DNA from: an uncultured Bacilli bacterium
GTDB taxonomy: Bacteria; Bacillota_I; Bacilli_A; RF39; UBA660
Direction of reading: 5' to 3'
Assembly (NCBI GenBank): GCA_934085595.1
Contig: CAKOHK010000006.1
Location: 12,883-76,882 of the forward strand
Length of the DNA stretch: 64,000 nt
Shown here: positions 52,416-61,140 of the stretch, piece by piece
Position numbering within the stretch: position 1 is the first letter of the stretch
How the letters are laid out: each line of letters starts with the position of its first letter
Made by a program: the position numbers and the translations under genes
The notes under the pieces: model-generated
What the model was told of the DNA's origin: nothing
Databases searched by the model: none
Seen by the model: only the letters and a program-made list of their open reading frames with translations

Positions 52416-54212
52416 ATGAAAGATAAAAAGTTTATATTTGCAAGTGTATTGGTAGCAGTATTTTTATTAACAGTAGGTCTAACTTATGCTTATTTTAGTT
52501 TGACAGTTAGTGGTAATGATGTAGCTGAGACTATAAATGTAAATACTACAAAGTTAGAATTAAAATATACTGATGGAAAAGAAGTAAAAGCAAATGGTAT
52601 AGAACCAGGCTGGACCATGACTAAAACTTTAACTATTGAAAATACTGGAACAGAAGAAGTTTTTTATGATTTAGGATGGCAAGATTTAACTAATGAAATA
52701 GAACAAGATGAACTTAAAATAAGTGGTACATGTGATAGTGGAAGCTGTGAAGATATAGAAGAAAGTATAGTACCTCTAGTATCAAATCAAAAAGCAAGTT
52801 CTGGTAAAGTAGTTAATCCATATAAAAGTGGAATAGCTATCGCAGGTGGTGAAACACATTCATATACAATTAAACTTGAGTTTATAAATTATACTGATAA
52901 AGCACAAAACTATAATCAAGGTAAAAGATTATATGGAGTACTTGGAGTAGCTGAAAGCACTAAAACATTTAACTTAACATTGAATTTAGAAGATGAAAAT
53001 GGAAATCCACTAGCAAATAAAGAAGTGACAATACATTCAGAACCTAAAACTTCAACATCTGATAGTGCAGGAAAAGTTGTATTTAATGACGTAGAAGTAG
53101 GAATGCATAATTTAGAAGTAAAAACTGATACTAAAACATTAAATGCTAAAGTAAAAGTACAAGGTTCAAATAATAATGCGGTTGAAAAAACAGATAATAA
53201 TTATACAATTAAAGGAACTTCAAAGGAAAATAATATTAACTTAGGAATAACAGTTGATAGTGAAAAGGTAACAGATGTATACGTGAAAGGTAGTAAACTT
53301 AATGCTTATTTAATAGATAATTATAGTGCGTTAGGTTTAACTAAAATTGAGCAGGCGGCAGTAAATAATCAAACTTATGATAGTACTGAATATAGATATC
53401 AAGGAGCAAATCCAAATAATTATATAACTTTTAATAATGAAGAAGGTAAGTGGAGAATCATCGGCGTATTCGAAGTTGAAACACCTAATGATGATGGAAC
53501 ATATACTAAAGAAAATAAAGTAAAGATAATAAGAGATTCAATAGGTACATCGGCGTATGATGGTAAAACAACACTTTTAGTAAATTATAAAGTTTCAACT
53601 ATAAATAGTAATTTAAATAATTCTAATGGTGCAGCGCCTTATGATATATTGAAAAATAATTCAAGCTATATTACTAAAACAAGATATTATATGGGAAATG
53701 TATCAGAATCTCAAATGTTGAAAGGTATTTATAGCGATGAGAGAAACAAAAGTTCTAATAGTGATAGCGACTATGATGACTTCTTTATTGGGTTAATTTA
53801 TACAAGTGATTATATGTATGCAAGTAGTAGTTGTTATGATAAAGATAATAATACATCCACAAAGTTAGGATACTCTACAAGTGAAAGTAATGATTACAGA
53901 GCATGTACAAATGATAATTGGTTGTATACTGGTAATAATTATTGGACTTTTAATAATAGCAAATATAGTGACGAAGAACACATTTATACAGACAATTATC
54001 AAGTTGGAAAGTTGAGATTCACTTCTGCAAAAATTGCAGCTCCAAGTGGAGGATATTTATTTCCTGTTTATATTTCTGAAGATGGAAAAATATACTACCA
54101 AAACAGAAAATCCAGTTATAATGTAAGACCTTCATTATATCTAAGTACAGATGTAACATTTATGAGTGGCAATGGCACTATAGATAATCCATTTACTATA
54201 TCAATTAAATAA
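52416..54212 (+). CDS. TasA/CalY-like multidomain fibre protein (paralog A, 598 aa) with SipW-cognate signal peptide
   Basis: N-terminus ...LLTVGLTYAYFSLTVSGNDVAE (SipW-cognate motif). Conserved NYNQGKRLYGVLGVAES block. A central Ig/CnaB-like insert and a ~250-aa Cys-containing C-terminal domain are shared with paralog B. Confidence 0.65.
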   Translation: MKDKKFIFASVLVAVFLLTVGLTYAYFSLTVSGNDVAETINVNTTKLELKYTDGKEVKANGIEPGWTMTKTLTIENTGTEEVFYDLGWQDLTNEIEQDELKISGTCDSGSCEDIEESIVPLVSNQKASSGKVVNPYKSGIAIAGGETHSYTIKLEFINYTDKAQNYNQGKRLYGVLGVAESTKTFNLTLNLEDENGNPLANKEVTIHSEPKTSTSDSAGKVVFNDVEVGMHNLEVKTDTKTLNAKVKVQGSNNNAVEKTDNNYTIKGTSKENNINLGITVDSEKVTDVYVKGSKLNAYLIDNYSALGLTKIEQAAVNNQTYDSTEYRYQGANPNNYITFNNEEGKWRIIGVFEVETPNDDGTYTKENKVKIIRDSIGTSAYDGKTTLLVNYKVSTINSNLNNSNGAAPYDILKNNSSYITKTRYYMGNVSESQMLKGIYSDERNKSSNSDSDYDDFFIGLIYTSDYMYASSSCYDKDNNTSTKLGYSTSESNDYRACTNDNWLYTGNNYWTFNNSKYSDEEHIYTDNYQVGKLRFTSAKIAAPSGGYLFPVYISEDGKIYYQNRKSSYNVRPSLYLSTDVTFMSGNGTIDNPFTISIK

Positions 54213-54300
54213 GATACTAAAACCTAGTACCTTTTTATAGGTTCTATTGTAATTAATCATTAGAGTTGATATAATAATAACTAGAGTAAAGGAAGATAAT

Positions 54301-55725
54301 ATGAAAGATAAAAAGTTTATATTTTCAAGTATATTGGTTGCAACATTCTTGTTAACAGTAGGGCTAACTTATGCTTATTTTAGTTTGACAGTTAGTGGTA
54401 ACGATGTAGCTGAAACTATTAATGTAAATACTACAAAGTTAGAATTAAAATATACTGATGGTAAAGAAGTAAAAGCAGACGGTATAGAACCAGGGTGGAC
54501 TACAACTAAAACTATTACAGTAGAAAATAAAGGTAATGAAGAAACATATTACACTCTTGGATGGCAAAAACTTTATAATGAGATTCAAAAAGATGAACTT
54601 GTTATAAGAAGTTCGTGTACAAGTAGTGGAGTAACTACAGGTACATGTCAAAGCACTGAAAATGTAATAATTTCACAGACTCTAGTAGTGACAGCAGAAA
54701 CAAATAAAGTAGTATATCCATATAAAGAAAATGCAAAGATATTACCAGGTGAAGTTCATACCTATACTATAACGATAGAATTTATAAATTATACTGACAT
54801 GCCACAAAACTATAATCAAGGCAAAAGCTTTTATGGAGTGTTAGGAGTAGCAGAAAGTGGCGAAAAATCAATTCTTGCAGATTATCTAATAGAAAATTAT
54901 CAAACGTTAGGTTTAACAAAAATAGATCAAGCTGCAACTGGTAATCAAAATTATGCTACAACCGAATATAGATATCAAGGAAAAGATCCAAATAATTATA
55001 TTACATTTAATGATGAAACTGGAGTATGGAGGATAATTGGTGCTTTAGAAGTAGAAACACCTCAAACAGATGGAACTTATATTAAGGAATATAAAGTTAA
55101 AATTGTTAGAGATAGTCTAGAAAATGGAAAGTGGGGAAGCGTGTCTGCAAATGACTGGACTTCAGCATCACTTATGACTACATTCAATAGCGGAGATTAT
55201 TATAATAGAAGTGGTTCTTATAGTGAAACTGGATTAACGGAAAATGCAAAAAATCAAATAAGCAGTACGAAATGGTATTTAGGAAATGCACAATATGGTG
55301 TTAATACGCAAAAAGTATATTCATCTGAAAGAAGTACTAGTGTACAAAGTGGCAATAAGCAAACATGGGATGGAAAAGTTGCGCTTATATATCCTAGTGA
55401 CTATATGTATGCAAGTAGCGCATGTTATAATGATGATACAAAAAAAGGTTGGGATACTAATGGTATATCACCATTTAATACAGATTATAGAAGTGAAACA
55501 TGCAAAAGTACAGGATGGTTATTAGATACAAATCAATGGTATTGGGCTATTTCCCCAAACAATTTCAGTTCAGATTTTGCAATGGTTATACTTAGTGAAG
55601 GATATATGAGAAGTTATAGTAGTTATCGTAATTCAGGTGGTATTCGTCCTTCATTGTATCTTAACGCTAGTGTAAATTACATATCAGGATCTGGAAGTAA
55701 TAGTGACCCATTTATAATAGGTTAA
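54301..55725 (+). CDS. TasA/CalY-like multidomain fibre protein (paralog B, 474 aa)
   Basis: The N-terminal ~60 aa are nearly identical to A. It has the NYNQGKSFYGVLGVAES block and a homologous C-terminal domain (YRYQGKDPNNYITFNDETGVWRIIGALEVETP...). Confidence 0.65.
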   Translation: MKDKKFIFSSILVATFLLTVGLTYAYFSLTVSGNDVAETINVNTTKLELKYTDGKEVKADGIEPGWTTTKTITVENKGNEETYYTLGWQKLYNEIQKDELVIRSSCTSSGVTTGTCQSTENVIISQTLVVTAETNKVVYPYKENAKILPGEVHTYTITIEFINYTDMPQNYNQGKSFYGVLGVAESGEKSILADYLIENYQTLGLTKIDQAATGNQNYATTEYRYQGKDPNNYITFNDETGVWRIIGALEVETPQTDGTYIKEYKVKIVRDSLENGKWGSVSANDWTSASLMTTFNSGDYYNRSGSYSETGLTENAKNQISSTKWYLGNAQYGVNTQKVYSSERSTSVQSGNKQTWDGKVALIYPSDYMYASSACYNDDTKKGWDTNGISPFNTDYRSETCKSTGWLLDTNQWYWAISPNNFSSDFAMVILSEGYMRSYSSYRNSGGIRPSLYLNASVNYISGSGSNSDPFIIG

Positions 55726-55822
55726 CTAATAAAAAAGTGTTCACGAAAGTGTTCGCTTTTTATTTGCTTCTTGACAGGGGGGGTACCTTTATAATTATTA
55801 ATAGAGAATAGAGGTACATAGA

Positions 55823-56191
55823 ATGAAAGATAAAAAGATTATTTTTGCAAGTGTATTAATTGGTATATTCTTGTTAACAGTAGGAATTACTTATGCTTAT
55901 TTTAGTTTGACAGTTAGTGGTAACGATGTAGCTGAAACTATTAATGTAAATACTACAAAGTTAGAATTAAAATATACTGATGGAAAAGAAATAAAAGCAA
56001 ATAGTATAGAACCAGGTTGGACTATAACTAAGAGTTTAACTATCGAAAATACTGGAAGTGAAGAAGTATATTATGATTTAGGATGGCAAAAGTTAACTAA
56101 TGAAATACAAAAAGATGAACTTAAAATAAGTGGTACATGTGATAGCGGCAATGGAACTATAGATAGTCCATTCACAATATCAATTGATTGA
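55823..56191 (+). pseudogene. Internally deleted TasA-like paralog C (122 aa): N-terminal 107 aa fused to the last 13 aa of the family
   Basis: The sequence is colinear with paralog A to ...KISGTCDSG, then jumps to NGTIDSPFTISID (A ends ...SGNGTIDNPFTISIK). The deletion junction lies at the microhomology AGTGG(C/A)AATGG. Confidence 0.5.
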
Positions 56192-56271
56192 TACTAACCT
56201 CTAGTATCTTTTAATTTGCTTAAAGTTGTAATATAATTATAGTGTTAGTAACTATGGAAAGGATATATTAT

Positions 56272-59200
56272 ATGAAAAAAGATTTTATTATAGATGGTAA
56301 TGAAGCATGTGCTAAAGGAGCATATTTATTTAGTGAAGTATGTGGTATTTATCCAATAACACCAGCATCCCCTATGGCTAGTCTTGTAGATAAATGGAGC
56401 TCTAAAGGAAAGAAAAACATTTTTGGAAGTAGAGTTAAAGTAATCGAAATGCAAAGTGAAGCAGGTGCAGCAGCAGTAACACATGGTAGTCTTCAAGCAG
56501 GTAGTTTAAGCACAACATTCACATCATCTCAGGGTTTACTATTAATGATACCAACAATGTATAAAATGGCAGGTGAAATGTTACCTGGTGTAATCCATGT
56601 AGCAGCAAGAAGTATCGCAACTCACGCTCTTTCTATATTTGGAGATCATCAAGACGTATATTCTACCCGTACAACAGGCTTTTGTATGTTATCTTCAAGT
56701 AGTGTAGAAGATGCTTATTATTTAGGATCAATAGCACATCTATCAGCAATTGAAGGCTCTCTTCCATTTTTACATTTCTTTGATGGATTTAGAACAAGTC
56801 ATGAGCTTAATAAAGTATCACTTCTTGACGAAGAAGAAATAATGAATCTTGTAGATAAAGAAAAAATAAATGAGTTTAAAAATAGAGCACTAAATCTAGG
56901 CAAAGAAATAACAAGGGGAACTTCTCAAACAGCAGATGTATATTTTCAAAATACTGAAGTAAGAAATAAATATTATGATGACATGCCAGATATCGTAAAC
57001 AATTATATGGAGAAAATAAATAAACTTGCAGGTACATCATATAAACCTTTTGAGTACTATGGAGATAAAAATGCAGAATATGTACTAGTTGCCATGGGAA
57101 GTGTAACAAAAACTATCATGTCTGTTATTGATGAATTAATAAAAGAAGGTAAAAAAGTTGGATTAATAACAGTACATCTATATAGACCATTTAGTACTAA
57201 ATATCTATTAAATGTATTACCAAAAACTACTAAAAAAATATGTGTATTAGATAGAACTAAAGAGCCAGGTAGTATTGCTGAACCTCTATACTTAGACATT
57301 GTATCTAGTTTAAAAGATAAAGATATTGAAATATATGGTGGTAGATATGGTCTATCAAGTAAAAATATTTCATTAAATGATATAAATGGTGTATTTTATA
57401 ATCTAATGAATGTAAACACAAAAGATCACTTTACAGTTGGTATTATAGATGATATTACTAATCATAGTATAGATTCTAAAGAAATAAATATATCTCATAA
57501 TTATAAAGAAATAAAAGTATGGGGATTTGGTTCTGATGGTATGGTCGGAGCATCTAAAAACTTCATGAAAGTACTAGGAAGTGAAGAAAATACTTATGTT
57601 CAAGGATACTTTGAATATGATTCTAAAAAAAGTGGAGGAGTCACTATATCTCATTTAAGATTCTCATCTTCTAAAATAGAAGCTCCTTATTTTTTAGTAA
57701 ATCCTGATTTTACAGTAGTATCAAAAGATGTATATTTAAGTAAATATGATTGTCTAGAAAATGTAAAGAAAAACTCAATACTATTAATTAATACAAGTTT
57801 GAATGATAAAGATTTAAATGATTTAATAAGTTTAAACAATAAAAAACAAATATTAAATAATAATATTAAAGTTTATGTGTGTTCTTTAGAAGAATTAAAT
57901 GAGAAATATAATCTTAATGGAAAAATAAATAATGTTATTTGTAGTTATATGTTAGAATTAATGGATAAATCAAATTTACTTGATAAGTTTAAAGAATTAA
58001 TAAAGAAAACATATCAAAGTAAAGGTGATACTGTAATTACTAATAATATAGAAGCAATTTCTTCATCATTAAAATATTTATATGAAATAGATAATTCTAT
58101 CTTTACCTTAAGAGAAGATAACTCTATAAATGATAATAATATTATGAATGAAATGCTTTATAGAAGAGGAGACCTACTAAAAGTTTCAGATTTTATTGAT
58201 CATAGAGATGGTACTTTTGAAGGTGGAGTAGCTGCTTCTGATAAGAGAAAAATATCTTCTTTTGTTCCTAAGTGGTGTAAAGAAAATTGTATACAGTGTA
58301 ATAGATGTGCGTTTGTATGTCCTCATGCAGTTATAAGGCCTTTCTCTCTTGATGATAAAGATTTAATAAATGCTCATTTAGATAAAGATGAAACTCTAGA
58401 AAGTCTAGGAGAAAGTAATAAAAGATTTTATATATCTATTAATGAAGCTAACTGTACTGGATGTGGTTTATGTATGCAGGCTTGCCCTGGTAAAAATGGC
58501 GAAAAGGCTTTGATAAAGGGAACATATAATGATAGACTTGATAAAGTAAGTGATAGATTATTTAAAGATCAAATAAATGATACAAAGTTTAACAAGTTTA
58601 CAGTAAAAGGAGTAAGTTATCAAAAACCATATTTTGAGTTTAGTGGAGCTTGTGCTGGATGTGGAGAAGCAGGTTATATAAAAATATTAACTTTACTTTA
58701 TGGAAGAAATATTGTTATAAGTAACGCTACTGGATGTTCTTCTATATATGGTGGAAGTCTTCCATTAACTCCATATAAAATACCATGGATGAACTCATTA
58801 TTCGAAGATAATGCAGAGTTTGCATTTGGTATTCATGAATCATACAAAAACACAAGAAATAGAATTAAAGATATAATGTATGAAACAAGAAATGAAGTTT
58901 CTCCATTAGTTAAAGATATTTATAAAACATGGATAGATAATATGGAAGATGATGATATTACAAATGCTGTAAAATATGAACTAGAGAATAAAGATATACC
59001 ATCATCATTAAGAGAATTAATTGATTATATTCCATCAAGAAAAGTATGGGTAATCGGAGGAGATGGTTGGGCTTACGATATAGGATATGGTGGACTTGAT
59101 CATGTACTTCATTCAAATGAAAATATTAATATTTTAGTTCTTGATACAGAAGTATATTCAAATACAGGAGGTCAAAGATCAAAATCAACTAGAGTAGGAA

Positions 59201-59676
59201 GTGTAGCAGAGTTTGCATCAAATGGTAAACTAGAAAATAAAAAAGATTTATTCAAAATAGCAATGGCTATACCAAATGTTTATATAGCATCCATATCAAT
59301 GGGAGCAGATATGAATCAAACACTAAAAGCATTCAAAGAAGCTACAGAACACGATGGACCATCATTAATAATAGCTTATAGTACATGTATAGAACAAGGT
59401 ATAAAAGGTGGTCTTACTTCTTCACTTGATGAACAAAAAATGTTAGTAGATGTTGGATATAATATTCTAATGAGATATAATCCAGAAACTAATAAATTAA
59501 CAGTTGATTCTAAAGAGCCAGATTTTACAAGATATGAAGAAGTATTTAAAAGAGAACTTAGATATAAAAATCTAGAAGTAAATAATGAAGATTATGAATC
59601 ATTATATGAAGAAAATCTTAATAATGCTAAATCAAGATATAATTATTTTAAAGATTTAGAATCAAAGAGTGAATAA
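56272..59676 (+). CDS. nifJ: Pyruvate:ferredoxin (flavodoxin) oxidoreductase
   Basis: ~1135 aa single-chain PFOR with two ferredoxin-type CxxCxxCxxxCP clusters (CIQCNRCAFVCP; CTGCGLCMQACP), a TPP-binding GDG motif and a conserved N-terminal domain. The start at ATG 56272 has RBS GGAAAGGA; the track uses GTG 56242. Confidence 0.9.
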   Translation: MKKDFIIDGNEACAKGAYLFSEVCGIYPITPASPMASLVDKWSSKGKKNIFGSRVKVIEMQSEAGAAAVTHGSLQAGSLSTTFTSSQGLLLMIPTMYKMAGEMLPGVIHVAARSIATHALSIFGDHQDVYSTRTTGFCMLSSSSVEDAYYLGSIAHLSAIEGSLPFLHFFDGFRTSHELNKVSLLDEEEIMNLVDKEKINEFKNRALNLGKEITRGTSQTADVYFQNTEVRNKYYDDMPDIVNNYMEKINKLAGTSYKPFEYYGDKNAEYVLVAMGSVTKTIMSVIDELIKEGKKVGLITVHLYRPFSTKYLLNVLPKTTKKICVLDRTKEPGSIAEPLYLDIVSSLKDKDIEIYGGRYGLSSKNISLNDINGVFYNLMNVNTKDHFTVGIIDDITNHSIDSKEINISHNYKEIKVWGFGSDGMVGASKNFMKVLGSEENTYVQGYFEYDSKKSGGVTISHLRFSSSKIEAPYFLVNPDFTVVSKDVYLSKYDCLENVKKNSILLINTSLNDKDLNDLISLNNKKQILNNNIKVYVCSLEELNEKYNLNGKINNVICSYMLELMDKSNLLDKFKELIKKTYQSKGDTVITNNIEAISSSLKYLYEIDNSIFTLREDNSINDNNIMNEMLYRRGDLLKVSDFIDHRDGTFEGGVAASDKRKISSFVPKWCKENCIQCNRCAFVCPHAVIRPFSLDDKDLINAHLDKDETLESLGESNKRFYISINEANCTGCGLCMQACPGKNGEKALIKGTYNDRLDKVSDRLFKDQINDTKFNKFTVKGVSYQKPYFEFSGACAGCGEAGYIKILTLLYGRNIVISNATGCSSIYGGSLPLTPYKIPWMNSLFEDNAEFAFGIHESYKNTRNRIKDIMYETRNEVSPLVKDIYKTWIDNMEDDDITNAVKYELENKDIPSSLRELIDYIPSRKVWVIGGDGWAYDIGYGGLDHVLHSNENINILVLDTEVYSNTGGQRSKSTRVGSVAEFASNGKLENKKDLFKIAMAIPNVYIASISMGADMNQTLKAFKEATEHDGPSLIIAYSTCIEQGIKGGLTSSLDEQKMLVDVGYNILMRYNPETNKLTVDSKEPDFTRYEEVFKRELRYKNLEVNNEDYESLYEENLNNAKSRYNYFKDLESKSE

Positions 59677-59748
59677 GAAAATTGATTAACATCTAAGTAA
59701 ATGTTATACTAATAACTAAGGTTGATTATAACTAGAAGGGAGTAAGAT

Positions 59749-61050
59749 ATGTTTGAGAATCTAAGTGAAAGATTAGCTAAAGTAGTAAGTAATATAAAAA
59801 GTAAAGGTGTAATAAATGAAGATAATATTTCTGATATGATGAGAGAAATAAGATTATGCTTACTTGAAGCTGATGTTAATATATCTATTGTGCGTGAGTT
59901 TACAAATAAAGTTAAAGAGAAAGCTTTAGGAGAAGAAGTTAGAAAGAGTATTAAACCTGGTGATATGTTCGTTAAGATATTGAAAGATGAATTAATTGAA
60001 CTATTAGGTGGAGATAATGCTCCTTTAGTAACTAATAAAAATAGAGTAGTAGTAATGCTTGCTGGTTTACAAGGAAGTGGAAAAACTACAACAGCAGGAA
60101 AACTTGCTAACCTAGTAAGAAAGAAATATCATAAGAAACCATTACTTGTAGCATGTGATATTTATAGACCTGCCGCTATTGACCAATTACAAACAATAGG
60201 AAAATCATTAAATATTCCGGTATACACAGAAGATAGTAAAGATGCTGTATTAATCGCAGAGCACGCTCTATCATACGCTAAAGAAAATAATTATGATTAT
60301 ATAATTATAGATACAGCAGGTAGACTTCAAATAGATGAAAATCTAATGAATGAACTTGTAAATATTTCACAATCTGTAAATCCAGATGAAGTGTTACTTG
60401 TACTAGATGCTATGATAGGTCAAGATTCAATTAATGTAATAAATGGATTTAACGAAAAATTAAAATTAACTGGATGTATCTTAACAAAAATGGATGGAGA
60501 TACAAAAGGTGGAGTTGCTTTATCAGTAAGACACTTAACACACATTCCTATTAAAATGATAGGTGATTCTGAAAAATTAGATGGATTAAGTGAGTTCTAT
60601 CCTGATAGAATGGCAAGTAGAATACTTGGTGATGGAGACTTAATGTCTATCATTGAAAAAACAGAAGCAGAACTTAATAATGAAGAAATGATGAGTACTG
60701 CTAAAAAGTTTCAAAAAGGTAAGTTTGATTTAGAAGATTTCTTAGTAACTTTAAAACAAATTAAAAAAATGGGGCCACTAGAAAACTTATTAAAACTTTT
60801 ACCAGGAGCTTCTAAAATGGGATTAAATAAAGTAACTATCGACCCAAAAGCTATGCCAAGAGTTGAAGCAATTATACTTTCTATGACAAAAGAAGAAAGA
60901 AAAAATCCAGATACAATTAAAGCATCTAGAAAAATAAGAATAGCAAGTGGATGTGGACAAAAAGTAGAAGATGTAAATAGACTTATAAAACAATTTGATG
61001 AAATGAAATCAATGATGAAAAAAATGAATAGTGGTAATTTTAAGTTTTAA
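59749..61050 (+). CDS. ffh: Signal recognition particle protein Ffh
   Basis: N domain, G domain (MLAGLQGSGKTTTAGKLA, DTAGRL, TKMDGD) and a Met-rich M domain. Confidence 0.9.
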   Translation: MFENLSERLAKVVSNIKSKGVINEDNISDMMREIRLCLLEADVNISIVREFTNKVKEKALGEEVRKSIKPGDMFVKILKDELIELLGGDNAPLVTNKNRVVVMLAGLQGSGKTTTAGKLANLVRKKYHKKPLLVACDIYRPAAIDQLQTIGKSLNIPVYTEDSKDAVLIAEHALSYAKENNYDYIIIDTAGRLQIDENLMNELVNISQSVNPDEVLLVLDAMIGQDSINVINGFNEKLKLTGCILTKMDGDTKGGVALSVRHLTHIPIKMIGDSEKLDGLSEFYPDRMASRILGDGDLMSIIEKTEAELNNEEMMSTAKKFQKGKFDLEDFLVTLKQIKKMGPLENLLKLLPGASKMGLNKVTIDPKAMPRVEAIILSMTKEERKNPDTIKASRKIRIASGCGQKVEDVNRLIKQFDEMKSMMKKMNSGNFKF

Positions 61051-61140
61051 TTTGACTATTCTTTCTAATAATAGTATTATTATATTAGGTAAACTATATA
61101 ATAATACTTTTTATATGGTTTAGAATAAAAGGGTGTTCTT

